A DNA stretch of 64,000 nt from Candidatus Omnitrophota bacterium (GCA_028699255.1 JAQVUX010000001.1:124787-188786), one strand, 5' to 3'; positions 31,016 to 40,592 are shown, counted from the first letter of the stretch. The notes: a model not told the origin generated them from the sequence alone. Numbers and translations are program-made.

Positions 31016-33208
31016 CTATTTTATGAAAAGCATCTCTCTGTATTTAGGCAGATCCCAATGCTCATCGGAAACGACACATTCGAGCAGGTCGACGTGCTTG
31101 CGGATATGCTCCATTATTGGTTTAAGTTTATCGAAATACAGCTTTGCGCGCTCCTCATGGTGCATCTTCTGCGCATTTGCCAGGAGATTTCGCATATTCT
31201 CGGTGTTGTGCCGGACATAGTATATCTTCTGCACTATTTCGGACAGATGGCCCTTGAGGTCATTAAATACAACCGTGTCTATTTTTAAATTGGAACTCTT
31301 CCTGAGAACAGCCAGGTTATTCAGGTTCCCGGACAGGAGTTTCTCGTATTCATATCCGGCCGGGACGATATTCGCGCTTACCATCTCGTTTAATGTATTA
31401 GCCTCGATCTCGAGGATCGTATTGTATGTGTGTATCCAGATGTGGTATCTGGCTACTATCTCTTCCCGCGAAAATACCTTGTACGCTTCAAACAGCTTTA
31501 TATTCGTTTCTTTAGTCAAAGCCTTAAGCGCTTCCGCAGTCGATGCGATATTCGGCAAGCCTCGCTTCTTCGCTTCCTTGACCCACTCCGCCGCGTAGTT
31601 GTTGCCTTCAAAATGAATCGCGCGGGTTTCCTTTATGATGCCGGATATTACTTTCAGGACGGCGGCATTAAAATCCTTACCCTTCGCGGCCTCCTGTATG
31701 TTTTCAGCGACATAGTCCAATGACTCGGCTATTATCGTATTGATAATGGTGATCGGTGTCGATATATTCTGCGAAGAACCGACAGCCCTGAACTCGAACT
31801 TCGTACCTGTAAACGCAAATGGCGACGTCCTGTTCCGGTCGGTCGAATCCTTATTGAACTTCGGCAGGCGGCCAAGGCCAAAATCCATAATGTCTTTTTT
31901 CGAAACTTTCGTCTTGGAGCCATTGCCTATCATGTCGAGTATTTTCGTCAGCTGGTCACCTAAGAATACGCTGATAATAGCCGGGGGCGCTTCGTTGGCG
32001 CCTAACCTGTGCTCATTGCCCGCCATCGCAACGCTGGCGCGCAGAAGATCCGAATACTTGTAAACAGCTCTTAAAACCGCCGCCAGTACCGTCAGAAACT
32101 GCAGATTGTCTTCCGGGGTATCGCCGGGATTGAGCAAGTTATTGCCTTTATCGTCCGCGAGCGACCAGTTTATGTGTTTACCACTACCGTTTACGCCGGC
32201 AAAAGGTTTCTCATGCAGGAGGCAGACGAGATTATGGCGTAGCGCCACCTTCTTCAGTATCTCCATGAGAAGCTGGTTATGATCGGCCGCTAAATTCGAC
32301 TCTTCGAATATGGGCGCGAACTCGTACTGGTGCGGGGCGACTTCATTGTGCCTGGTCATAACAGGTATGCCCAGCTTATACGCCTCTTCCGCGACCTCGA
32401 ACATAAAATTGACGACGCGCTCTTTTATTGTGCCGAAATATTGATCCTCGAGTTGTTGTCCTTTTGGAGAAGGCGCCCCCACAAGCGTGCGCCCGGTCAG
32501 TAAAAGATCCTGCCGTAAATTGTAATAACCTTTATCTATAAGGAAATATTCCTGCTCCGGACCGCAAGTTGAGATCACTTTCTTCACATCTTTATGTCCA
32601 AAGAGTTTCAATAATCCTACGGCGGCCTTGTTTAAAGCTTCATCGGAACGCAAAAGCGGTAGCTTCTTATCGAGCGCTTCGCCATTGTATGAAATGAATA
32701 TACTTGGTATGCATAAAGTCTTTCCAAGGGCGCTCTCGATTATGAAAGCCGGGCTCGAAGGATCCCATGCGGTATATCCTCTGGCCTCGAACGTCGCCCT
32801 GATGCCGCCGGATGGGAAGCTGGAGGCGTCTGGCTCACCCTGTATGAGTTTATTGCCGGAGAACTTTTCGATTACTTTGCCGGGGCTCACTATTGAGATA
32901 AAACTGTCATGTTTTTCAGCGGTAAGGCCCGTCATCGGCTGAAACCAGTGGGTATAATAGGTAGCGCCCTTCGACATGGCCCAGTTCTTCATCGCGTTGG
33001 CTATCTCATTGGCTTGTTCAATAGTTATTATCGCGCCTTCCGACATCCAGCGTTTGAAGGCCGCGAAAGTAGCCTTGGAAATATGTTTCTGCATAGCCGC
33101 CGCGCCGAAAGTATTCTCACCGAAATACGACGAAACTTTTTTAGGGAGATGATCCTTTTTGATAATGACACTTTTTATATTGAATAATGCCTTTTCCCTG
33201 ACATTCAT
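31016..33208 (-). CDS. glnN: glutamine synthetase type III
   Basis: 730 aa. GSIII N-terminal domain plus the Gln-synthetase catalytic signature. Confidence 0.9.
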   Translation of the reverse strand: MNVREKALFNIKSVIIKKDHLPKKVSSYFGENTFGAAAMQKHISKATFAAFKRWMSEGAIITIEQANEIANAMKNWAMSKGATYYTHWFQPMTGLTAEKHDSFISIVSPGKVIEKFSGNKLIQGEPDASSFPSGGIRATFEARGYTAWDPSSPAFIIESALGKTLCIPSIFISYNGEALDKKLPLLRSDEALNKAAVGLLKLFGHKDVKKVISTCGPEQEYFLIDKGYYNLRQDLLLTGRTLVGAPSPKGQQLEDQYFGTIKERVVNFMFEVAEEAYKLGIPVMTRHNEVAPHQYEFAPIFEESNLAADHNQLLMEILKKVALRHNLVCLLHEKPFAGVNGSGKHINWSLADDKGNNLLNPGDTPEDNLQFLTVLAAVLRAVYKYSDLLRASVAMAGNEHRLGANEAPPAIISVFLGDQLTKILDMIGNGSKTKVSKKDIMDFGLGRLPKFNKDSTDRNRTSPFAFTGTKFEFRAVGSSQNISTPITIINTIIAESLDYVAENIQEAAKGKDFNAAVLKVISGIIKETRAIHFEGNNYAAEWVKEAKKRGLPNIASTAEALKALTKETNIKLFEAYKVFSREEIVARYHIWIHTYNTILEIEANTLNEMVSANIVPAGYEYEKLLSGNLNNLAVLRKSSNLKIDTVVFNDLKGHLSEIVQKIYYVRHNTENMRNLLANAQKMHHEERAKLYFDKLKPIMEHIRKHVDLLECVVSDEHWDLPKYREMLFIK

Positions 33209-33230
33209 AAAATCCTCCTTGATCTTAGCG

Positions 33231-34907
33231 TTATTTATATTTATTAGTTATGGGCATGCGCCTGTCTTTACCGAATGCCTTGGGCGTGATCTTTATCCCC
33301 GGCGGCGCCTGTCTTCGTTTATATTCGCTCCTATCGACCATGTTCAGTACTTTGAAGGTAATGTCCTTGTTGAACCCGGAGGCGACTATCTCGTCATACC
33401 CCCTGTCTTCTTCTATGTATTCTTTTAATATTTTGTCGAGCAAATCATACGGCGGTAGAGTATCCTGATCCTTCTGATTCAGTTTTAATTCCGCCGTTGG
33501 CGCCTTGGTTATCACAGACTCAGGTATAACTTTGCCGGTAGCATTCCGATACGCGACAAGTTTATAAACGAGCGTTTTGGGCACATCTTTTATCACAGCA
33601 AAGCCCCCGGCCATATCTCCGTATAGTGTAGCATACCCCGTACTCATCTCGGATTTATTTCCCGTGGCCAGCACAATGTATCCGAACTTATTGGATAATG
33701 ACATAAGGATCGTGCCGCGTATGCGGGCCTGCAGGTTCTCTTCGGTCGTGTCTTTCGGCATACCCGAGAATTGCCCCTCAAGCGACATTAAATAAAGCTT
33801 GAAAATATGATCAATGGAAATATTGGCGAATTTAATTCCAAGGTTGGAAGCAATCGCCTTGGCATCAATCTCCGACTGCTCCGAAGAATAACGCGTCGGC
33901 ATGAATACGCCCAGGACGTTGTCCTTGCCGAGGGCGTCGGCCGCAAGGGCGGCCACCAGCGCCGAATCTACACCGCCGCTTAAGCCTATCAGGACTTTCT
34001 TAAAACCGTTCTTAGCCACGTAGTCCTTTAGCCCCAAGATAAGAGCCTGATATATTTCTGCCACGGGATCCATCGGACGTATGTCTTTTTTTACGATAAC
34101 CGGTTTGTTCTTTGGAGATAATGCCTCAGAAACAAGTATCGCTTTTTTGTTAATAGCGTCTTTGTCCGCGGCGATATCGATATCTACGGCTATAATGTCT
34201 TCTTTAAACGCCCCCGCGCGGGCAAGCACCCGGCCGGAACTGTCCACTACCATGCTTTGGCCGTCGAATACCAGTTCGTCCTGTCCACCCACCAGGTTTG
34301 CATAACTGATGACGACGTTACTTGTTTTTGCCTGGCGCCGTACTATCTCTTCACGCTCTTTTACTTTACCCGCATGATAAGGCGACGAGTTTATATTTAT
34401 TATAAGCTTCGCCCCCAGAGATGCCTGCGCGCATACCGGGCCTTCCGTATGCCATATATCTTCGCAGATATTAACACCGAATACCAGCCCCCCGGCTTTG
34501 AATGTGAGAGTATCTTTACCGGGCTTAAAATAACGCGCCTCATCGAACACGCCGTAATTCGGAAGGATCTCCTTATGGCATACCCCTTTGACATCCCCTT
34601 TATATATCACAGCCGCCGCATTATAGATATCGCTACCATGCCCATCCACAAAACCTACTATTGCCACTGTCTCACCTACCGCCTTCACCACGCGCTTAAA
34701 GGCGCTCAGGTTGTCGACGATGAAACTCTCCTTGAGAAGCAGGTCCTCCGGAGGGTAACCCGTTATGGCAAGTTCCGGAAAGGAGACGATATCCGCGCCC
34801 ATCTCTTCGGCTTTTCGCAGGTATTCAAGTATCTTTTTCGTGTTACCGCCGAGATCACCTACCGTGCAGTTTATCTGGGCTATAGCTATGCGCACGCTCT
34901 TCTTCAT
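33231..34907 (-). CDS. nadE: glutamine-dependent NAD+ synthetase
   Basis: N-terminal CN-hydrolase domain (IAIAQIN..FPEL) plus a C-terminal SGGVDS PP-loop. Confidence 0.9.
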   Translation of the reverse strand: MKKSVRIAIAQINCTVGDLGGNTKKILEYLRKAEEMGADIVSFPELAITGYPPEDLLLKESFIVDNLSAFKRVVKAVGETVAIVGFVDGHGSDIYNAAAVIYKGDVKGVCHKEILPNYGVFDEARYFKPGKDTLTFKAGGLVFGVNICEDIWHTEGPVCAQASLGAKLIININSSPYHAGKVKEREEIVRRQAKTSNVVISYANLVGGQDELVFDGQSMVVDSSGRVLARAGAFKEDIIAVDIDIAADKDAINKKAILVSEALSPKNKPVIVKKDIRPMDPVAEIYQALILGLKDYVAKNGFKKVLIGLSGGVDSALVAALAADALGKDNVLGVFMPTRYSSEQSEIDAKAIASNLGIKFANISIDHIFKLYLMSLEGQFSGMPKDTTEENLQARIRGTILMSLSNKFGYIVLATGNKSEMSTGYATLYGDMAGGFAVIKDVPKTLVYKLVAYRNATGKVIPESVITKAPTAELKLNQKDQDTLPPYDLLDKILKEYIEEDRGYDEIVASGFNKDITFKVLNMVDRSEYKRRQAPPGIKITPKAFGKDRRMPITNKYK

Positions 34908-34908
34908 C

Positions 34909-35625
34909 TTATTCCTTCTTCATCTTATCGATAAGTATTATCGCTTCCGCTATCTCGCGCATCGATTTTCTCATATCCATGCTCTGTTTCTGGATCTTCC
35001 TAAAAGCCTCTGTCTCGCCCATACCCTGCTCCCGCATCATTATGCCCTTAGCCCTCTCCACAAGTTTGCGCGTCTCGAGCTCCTCCTGGATAACCTTCGT
35101 TTTAACCATGAGCTCGGCGTTCTCGATTACGATCGCGGCCTGACTGGCAACAGTGCTAAGTATATTTATTTCGTCTTTGGTAAATTTATGCGGATGGGAC
35201 GTGTAGGTATTAAGGACGCCTATAACCTTGCCCTTGACCGCAAGAGGTAAAGACAGGAGTGAGCGCAAAGATTCTTTCTGCGCAATATCCTTATATTTGT
35301 ATTCCGGTTCTTTGGATAGGTCGTATACCGCTATAGGTTTGTTTTGCGCGGCAACTTTGCCGGCAATGCCTTCGGAAATCTTAAGATTCGGTTTCCTATT
35401 GTACAATTCGCTCATCGATTGTGTCGCTTTGAGCGCAAGCTCGCCGGTCTTGTCATCGATAAGCATGAGCGAGCATATCTTCGAGTCTGTTATCTCGGCC
35501 GTAACCGTAACTATAAGCTTTAGTATATCCTCGAGGTATAAGTTCGACGTTATAGTCTTACTTACTCTCGAGATAGCCTCTAACTGTTTAGCGCGGCTAA
35601 TGGTCTTTTTCCTTTTTTCAGACAT
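34909..35625 (-). CDS. GAF-ANTAR RNA-binding antitermination regulator
   Basis: GAF domain followed by an ANTAR helix (RKLVERAKGIMMREQGMGETEAFRKIQKQSMDMRKSMREIAEAI). Confidence 0.8.
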   Translation of the reverse strand: MSEKRKKTISRAKQLEAISRVSKTITSNLYLEDILKLIVTVTAEITDSKICSLMLIDDKTGELALKATQSMSELYNRKPNLKISEGIAGKVAAQNKPIAVYDLSKEPEYKYKDIAQKESLRSLLSLPLAVKGKVIGVLNTYTSHPHKFTKDEINILSTVASQAAIVIENAELMVKTKVIQEELETRKLVERAKGIMMREQGMGETEAFRKIQKQSMDMRKSMREIAEAIILIDKMKKE

Positions 35626-35631
35626 GGCGTC

Positions 35632-36573
35632 CTACTCTCTCGGCTTTATGTTGGTGCCTAAAAATTTATCATCTGGTTCCGGGGGCACTTCCTGTATCCA
35701 GCCATTATTTAAGCCTAAAAGACGACAGGCGTCAACTATATTCTCATACTCTTCCCTATTTATTGGAGCGGCTAATTCTTTATAGGAGGCGGCCTTGAAT
35801 GTCGGATAGTACTGGCTCATAAGGCTTATATAAGTATAAGCGGATATTTCGTTCTTTATAAAATCGAGGGATTCCTTTGTGCCGGATATGTTACCGGGTA
35901 AAGCAAGAAGCCGTATTATGATCCCTTGCCGGGCAATCCCATCGGTGCCCATTTCCAGCGTACCCACCTGGGAATACATCTCCTTTACCGCCGCGGTATT
36001 CGATTTAACATAGTCCGGGGCATCTGAATACTTGGCGGCCATCTCATCGCGTGAATACCTCATATCCGGCAGGTATATATCAACAATATCCGATAAAAGT
36101 TTCAACGTCTCTACCTTTTCGTATCCGCTCGTATTATATACGATGGGTATGTTCAATCCACCGGCGGTTGCTATCAAAAGCGCTGAAATTATCTGCGGCA
36201 CAAAATGCGTCGGGCTTACAAGATTGATATTATGACACCCTGTTTTTTGCAAAGTCAGCATCATCTCGGCCAGTTTTTCTATCGACACTTCCTTGCCATG
36301 GCCCATTTGGCTAAAAGTGTAGTTCTGGCAATAGACGCATCTCATGTTGCAGTGTGAGAAGAATATCGTCCCGGAGCCTCGCTTGCCCGATATCGGCGGT
36401 TCTTCGCCGCGGTGCGCTATATAGCTGTAGACGACCGGATTAAGCGGCGCCCTGCAATAACCGAGACGGCCCGCGCTCCTATCGACTTTGCAATTTCGCG
36501 GACATATATCGCACCGTTTCATGGAATCACGGAAGGCCTCATTTGCGTTCTGTAATGCGGCTATCCTGTTCAC
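35632..36573 (-). CDS. radical SAM protein (PflX/YjjW-like activase family)
   Basis: CNMRCVYC CxxxCxxC plus an N-terminal CDICPRNC. GTG start with AAGAAGG upstream. Confidence 0.75.
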   Translation of the reverse strand: MNRIAALQNANEAFRDSMKRCDICPRNCKVDRSAGRLGYCRAPLNPVVYSYIAHRGEEPPISGKRGSGTIFFSHCNMRCVYCQNYTFSQMGHGKEVSIEKLAEMMLTLQKTGCHNINLVSPTHFVPQIISALLIATAGGLNIPIVYNTSGYEKVETLKLLSDIVDIYLPDMRYSRDEMAAKYSDAPDYVKSNTAAVKEMYSQVGTLEMGTDGIARQGIIIRLLALPGNISGTKESLDFIKNEISAYTYISLMSQYYPTFKAASYKELAAPINREEYENIVDACRLLGLNNGWIQEVPPEPDDKFLGTNIKPRE

Positions 36574-36596
36574 CAGTGCACCTTCTTTTATTTAGT

Positions 36597-36677
36597 GGAG
36601 CCCTCCGGCCTAAAGGCCGAGGCTCCCTCCCCCGGGTTCGTGAAAACCGCATTCATCCCTGGACTTGAAGTCCGGGG
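36597..36677 (-). ncRNA. structured 5' leader (two stable hairpins) upstream of the radical-SAM/GAF-ANTAR/nadE/glnN array
   Basis: Hairpins ggagccctccggcc-taaa-ggccgaggctcc (36597-36626) and ccctggac-ttgaa-gtccgggg (36657-36677) in a 119-nt gap. No obvious tRNA fold. Confidence 0.25.
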
Positions 36678-36692
36678 ATTTCTGTCGGGGGA

Positions 36693-37406
36693 TTAAGCCT
36701 GATCGGACCGGTGGGTAACGTTTTTGTCGATAAAATCGACTATGGCACGTTCTTTATCCGGCGTAAGATGGGAAAATGATATACCCATGCCGGGATAAGC
36801 ATGCGGCTGTAGCTCTTTATCGGCGATCCAGGAGACTCTTCCTGTGGCCTCAAGTATTGCCGGAAGGCCCGGCATATCAAATCGTAGATCAAGAATAGTG
36901 TTTATAGGTAGCGTATCGGGAGTATATACATAAAGTCCTGCCGCGCTTATATTGAGCACCTTGCCTTCGAATATCTTCGGGGTCTTGCGATCGCTTACCA
37001 TGCGGTAAGTCACGCTAAGGTGTATGTCGAGCCGCGGGAATTTTCGGCGTAAGCGCAGACCCTCGGCCTCGCTCTCTGTGAAGCTGGCTATCGCCGTATC
37101 TTCATCGGTGTATATCGCAAATATAGCATCCAGCTTTACCACCTTCAGCATCTCTATGATCGATAACGGCACATTCAGGAGCCTCATCTTACCTTTGTGA
37201 TTAACCGTGTTCTTATATGCGATGGCGAGTATGGATATACCGTTATAGTCGACCATATCGACATTTTCAAGATTGAGTATTATGTTCAACTTGCCGGAAT
37301 TGACCAGCCAGCCAACCATTTCTACCAGCTCAGAAGAGTTTATGTCTATGCGGCCGTCTATATCCAGTATATTGACACTGTCCCGCTCCCGTATCCGTAT
37401 GGCCAT
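36693..37406 (-). CDS. STAS (anti-sigma-factor antagonist-like) - PilZ fusion protein
   Basis: N-terminal SpoIIAA-like STAS fold. C-terminal RRKFPR...NISAAGL PilZ motifs. Confidence 0.7.
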   Translation of the reverse strand: MAIRIRERDSVNILDIDGRIDINSSELVEMVGWLVNSGKLNIILNLENVDMVDYNGISILAIAYKNTVNHKGKMRLLNVPLSIIEMLKVVKLDAIFAIYTDEDTAIASFTESEAEGLRLRRKFPRLDIHLSVTYRMVSDRKTPKIFEGKVLNISAAGLYVYTPDTLPINTILDLRFDMPGLPAILEATGRVSWIADKELQPHAYPGMGISFSHLTPDKERAIVDFIDKNVTHRSDQA

Positions 37407-37418
37407 TATAACTCCCGT

Positions 37419-37556
37419 CTATTGCCTGAAAAAGAAAGTGCTTACCCCTCTACCCATTCTGTTCACATCTTTACCTACCCCTGAAACCGTCTCGCCGCAT
37501 CCTGACATAATCAGACATACCACGACAGTCAGTAAAACTACCAGCATTTTTTTCAT
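37419..37556 (-). CDS. entericidin EcnA/B-family small lipoprotein
   Basis: MKKMLVVLLTVVVCLIMSGCGETVSGVGKDVNRMGRGV. Lipobox plus G-x-G-x-D entericidin pattern. 45 aa. Confidence 0.5.
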   Translation of the reverse strand: MKKMLVVLLTVVVCLIMSGCGETVSGVGKDVNRMGRGVSTFFFRQ

Positions 37557-37594
37557 ATCGGACCTCTCATACGCCTTTTTAACGGTCGTTAAGG

Positions 37595-37638
37595 AAAAAG
37601 CCATATCTTTTTGAAAGAATATGGCTTTTTTCCTTTTT
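37595..37638. terminator. bidirectional rho-independent terminator (12-bp perfect stem with A/T tracts on both flanks)
   Basis: aaaaagccatat-(12 nt)-atatggcttttt followed by tcctttttg. It lies 20 nt after the stop of the 37659-38027 gene. Confidence 0.65.
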
Positions 37639-37658
37639 GACACAACCTGCTTCTCAAA

Positions 37659-38027
37659 TTATTGCTTAGGTTCTTCTTTGTTCGCTTTGGTTGGGACAGC
37701 GACTGTTCCCTCTACGGCTTTCTTTGTTGTTTCGGCCGTAGCGACCAAAGGATCGGTCACGAGGTTCTTAGTCTTTCCCAAACTGCCTGAGGTAACCTGT
37801 CCTACAGTCTTCACCTCATTGGTAACCACATGGGTGGCTCCGGTAGCCGCTTCTGTTACTACGCCGGCCGTTTCATTTGTTACGTTGGCCGGATAGTTAA
37901 AAAGTTTCTGCCAGAAGCTTTTCGCCTTCTCGGTGCCAGTCGCGTTATCCGCGGCATACGAAACACCGGACAATACAAAACAAAATGCCAGAACTACTGT
38001 TACTAACACTACAATTTTCTTTGTCAT
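37659..38027 (-). CDS. hypothetical secreted Thr/Val-rich protein
   Basis: ATG at 38027 with an AAGGGGGA ribosome-binding site. Signal peptide MTKKIVVLVTVVLAFCFVLSGVSYA. Confidence 0.5.
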   Translation of the reverse strand: MTKKIVVLVTVVLAFCFVLSGVSYAADNATGTEKAKSFWQKLFNYPANVTNETAGVVTEAATGATHVVTNEVKTVGQVTSGSLGKTKNLVTDPLVATAETTKKAVEGTVAVPTKANKEEPKQ

Positions 38028-38096
38028 TACTTCCCCCTTTCTCAATGTGCTATATTACTACACTACCAACCTGCTTGGCAAGTAAAATCGTCCACA

Positions 38097-38543
38097 CTAT
38101 TTAAGGAATTGCCCGACCATCTGACTTACCGTCTTTCCGTCGGCACGACCCTTTGTCTTTTCCGTAACGATCTTCATAACCTTACCCATATCCGATTTTG
38201 CGATAGCGCCCGTTTCGGACACGGCGGCCTTTACTATCACCATAAGCTCGTCGGTTGTAAACTGCTTAGGAAGGTACTCTTCCAGTATCTTCAATTCCGC
38301 CTTCTCCTTGTCCGCAAGATCGCCCCTGGCTCCTTTAGTGAACTGCTCTATTGATTCGCGGTGTTGTTTGACCTGCTTCTGCAGTATCTGCGCTACACTG
38401 TCATCTTCCAGCGTTTTGACATTCTTCTCGATCTGAAGCATTCTCACTGCAGATAACACCATCCTGAGCACCGAGACCTTCATCGAATCGCCGGCCTTCA
38501 TGGCACGTTTTACATCATCTTCGATCTTTTCACACAAGTTCAT
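38097..38543 (-). CDS. GatB/YqeY-domain protein
   Basis: 148 aa, YqeY-like sequence. Confidence 0.75.
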   Translation of the reverse strand: MNLCEKIEDDVKRAMKAGDSMKVSVLRMVLSAVRMLQIEKNVKTLEDDSVAQILQKQVKQHRESIEQFTKGARGDLADKEKAELKILEEYLPKQFTTDELMVIVKAAVSETGAIAKSDMGKVMKIVTEKTKGRADGKTVSQMVGQFLK

Positions 38544-38617
38544 ACAAACACCATCCCCCTTACCATTTTGAAATGATATTTTTTTGCAGGCGGGTTTATT
38601 GCATCATGTCAACTGTA

Positions 38618-38821
38618 TTAAGCCGACCTGACAACCTTCGTAGCCTGTTCGCCTTTAGGGCCCTGGATAACATCGAACTGCACCGCCTCGCCCTCTTTCA
38701 GGGTCTTGTATCCGTCGCCCTCAATTGCGGAGTGATGGACAAAAACATCCTTGCCCGTATCCGCTATGATGAATCCGAACCCCTTTTTGTCGTTAAACCA
38801 CTTCACTGTTCCCTGCGCCAT
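38618..38821 (-). CDS. csp: cold-shock protein (CspA family)
   Basis: [12 protein letters not shown] (RNP1) and VFVHH (RNP2). 67 aa. Confidence 0.9.
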   Translation of the reverse strand: MAQGTVKWFNDKKGFGFIIADTGKDVFVHHSAIEGDGYKTLKEGEAVQFDVIQGPKGEQATKVVRSA

Positions 38822-38852
38822 CTATATAGTCACCTCCTTGCCAAGCATTTAA

Positions 38853-38892
38853 CAAAAAAATGCCATCCGAAGCATTTTACGCTTCAAATGGC
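38853..38892 (-). terminator. intrinsic-terminator-like hairpin plus U7 tract inside the csp leader / after def
   Basis: 12-bp stem (gccauuugaagc / gcuucggauggc, 2 G-U pairs) with a 7-nt loop, followed by AUUUUUUU on the minus strand. It ends 32 nt upstream of the csp ATG. Confidence 0.55.
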
Positions 38893-38945
38893 ACAATACG
38901 CCGGAAGATGAACTCTGCTAAATTACTCATTTAATTAGTGTTATA

Positions 38946-38974
38946 GTTTTAGCATACCGATTTTATATTGTCAA
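38946..38974 (-). promoter_or_regulatory. candidate sigma70-type promoter for csp (TTGACA-17-TAAAAC)
   Basis: A perfect -35 hexamer overlaps the def stop. The -10 is weak at 4 of 6 matches. Confidence 0.3.
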
Positions 38975-39474
38975 GGGTTTTGGATTGTTTTGAATTTTTT
39001 TCTTTTAAGCTTACTTTTTAATAATAATTTCTTAACCGGATTCATATAGTCTACTATCAACACGCCTGACAGGTGATCCATCTCGTGTTGAAAGGCTCTG
39101 GAGAGAAGTCCTTCCGCGCGAAGTTCGCGCGGAATGCCATTTTCATCGAGAAAATGCACAGTTACAGTTTTCGGCCTTTTTATCTTTACACATACCCCGG
39201 GGACACTAAGACAACCCTCCTCACAAATCTCGGCCCCTGTTTTTTTTATTATAACAGGGTTTACGACCTTCAACAGGCCTGTACCGACATCTATAACTAT
39301 AAGTTGCCTATCCAACCCAACCTGCGTAGCGGCAAGACCTACGCCCTGGGAAAAATACATAAGTTTAGACATCTCGGACAACAGCTCTTTTTCGCGGTTA
39401 GTTACCTTAAGAACTTTTGAAGCTTTCTTTCGAAGGATAGGATCGGGGAACTTCAGTATCTTTAACTCGCGCAT
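38971..39474 (-). CDS. def: peptide deformylase
   Basis: GLAATQ, EGCLS and HEMDHL motifs. 167 aa. Confidence 0.9.
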   Translation of the reverse strand: MRELKILKFPDPILRKKASKVLKVTNREKELLSEMSKLMYFSQGVGLAATQVGLDRQLIVIDVGTGLLKVVNPVIIKKTGAEICEEGCLSVPGVCVKIKRPKTVTVHFLDENGIPRELRAEGLLSRAFQHEMDHLSGVLIVDYMNPVKKLLLKSKLKRKKFKTIQNP

Positions 39475-39500
39475 ATTCCTTATTCCCGCATCAGCGGACT

Positions 39501-39851
39501 TTACTTAATGGGATGATTTTTTGCGTTGACATGCACAACCTTCAGCTTAACCTGGCGGCACTTCTTGTTTTCCACAAGACAGTTGGAAAGTATAATAACG
39601 AGATCGCCGTTTTTACCCTTGTGGGCGGCGGCGCCGTACAGGCCTATGCTACCGGAACCGGCAGGCTCTTCTATGGCATACGTCTCGAATCTTTCACCGT
39701 TGTTTATATTAACCACCTGGACTATTTCGCCGGGACATATATCGGCCTTTTTGAGCAGGTTTTTATCAACGCCGATACTACCCTCGTAATGAAGGTCGAC
39801 TTTGGTTATCGTTGCCCGGTGTATTTTTGATTTGCACATTATGCGTAGCAT
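39501..39851 (-). CDS. panD: aspartate 1-decarboxylase
   Basis: KSKIHRATIT..DLHYEGS, the pyruvoyl-forming Gly-Ser region. 116 aa. Confidence 0.85.
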   Translation of the reverse strand: MLRIMCKSKIHRATITKVDLHYEGSIGVDKNLLKKADICPGEIVQVVNINNGERFETYAIEEPAGSGSIGLYGAAAHKGKNGDLVIILSNCLVENKKCRQVKLKVVHVNAKNHPIK

Positions 39852-39859
39852 TTTATACC

Positions 39860-40213
39860 TTACTCACCTATTTCTGTAAGATTATTCCCGTCAAAATAAA
39901 GTTTTTTGGTGCTCGACAGGTAACCGGCATCGACCGGTATAGAGCCGTATTGTGCTCTGTATATCCAGACTTCCCTCGACCCCTGCCACTTAGCTTTGTC
40001 CTCTACCGTCTTTACCTGACTGGGTCTACCCCATATGTCCTCAACCTGCTCTTTGGTCATGCCGACTTTTATCGACTCGGTTCCAAGCGGGTGCTTTACA
40101 ACATCTTCCGGATTCGGCAGGACGATAGCAGAACAGCCGGAGAAGAGAACAGCCGAAAAAAACGCAATCGCAAACATTCGTCCTGCACCATTAAGAGCGT
40201 TCATTCTTCGCAT
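39860..40213 (-). CDS. SmpA/OmlA (BamE-like) lipoprotein
   Basis: Lipobox LFSGC followed by GMTKEQVEDIWGRP. Confidence 0.55.
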   Translation of the reverse strand: MRRMNALNGAGRMFAIAFFSAVLFSGCSAIVLPNPEDVVKHPLGTESIKVGMTKEQVEDIWGRPSQVKTVEDKAKWQGSREVWIYRAQYGSIPVDAGYLSSTKKLYFDGNNLTEIGE

Positions 40214-40592
40214 CTTTTTCCACCTCCGGTAAGTTATAGATCAAATCGCATAGAAATTTCAGAAAAGTATTCTTATTGTCCTCTTCAATACTAAGAAGTT
40301 CCGCGCCTATATCGAATGGCGCGGCGTCTTCCAGTGAAAGTTTTTTCTTCCACATTATCCTGCCCTTCGCATGCACGGGGTTCGCAACTTCCGGGATATC
40401 GAGTTTTACTTCGAGAATATCCCCTTCTTTCAGACTCTTCTCCATCGTCTGGAAACGCAATCCATCGGCCGATATATCCTTAGCGGTAACGTTGAATATC
40501 CTACCGCCCAGAGAATATGTTATACCAATAGGCTCCCTGAGGCGTATAAAACCGCGCCTTTCGATAAGATTGTTACCGGGCTTTCCCTTCAT
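40191..40592 (-). CDS. PilZ-domain protein
   Basis: ERRGFIR and DISADGLRF c-di-GMP-binding motifs. 133 aa. Confidence 0.7.
   Translation of the reverse strand: MKGKPGNNLIERRGFIRLREPIGITYSLGGRIFNVTAKDISADGLRFQTMEKSLKEGDILEVKLDIPEVANPVHAKGRIMWKKKLSLEDAAPFDIGAELLSIEEDNKNTFLKFLCDLIYNLPEVEKDAKNERS

Noticed and set aside
36574-36692. GC-rich structured gap, considered as a tRNA or tmRNA fragment
   Set aside because: No cloverleaf with a T-loop GTTCRA or acceptor/CCA geometry could be drawn. It is kept only as a structured leader.
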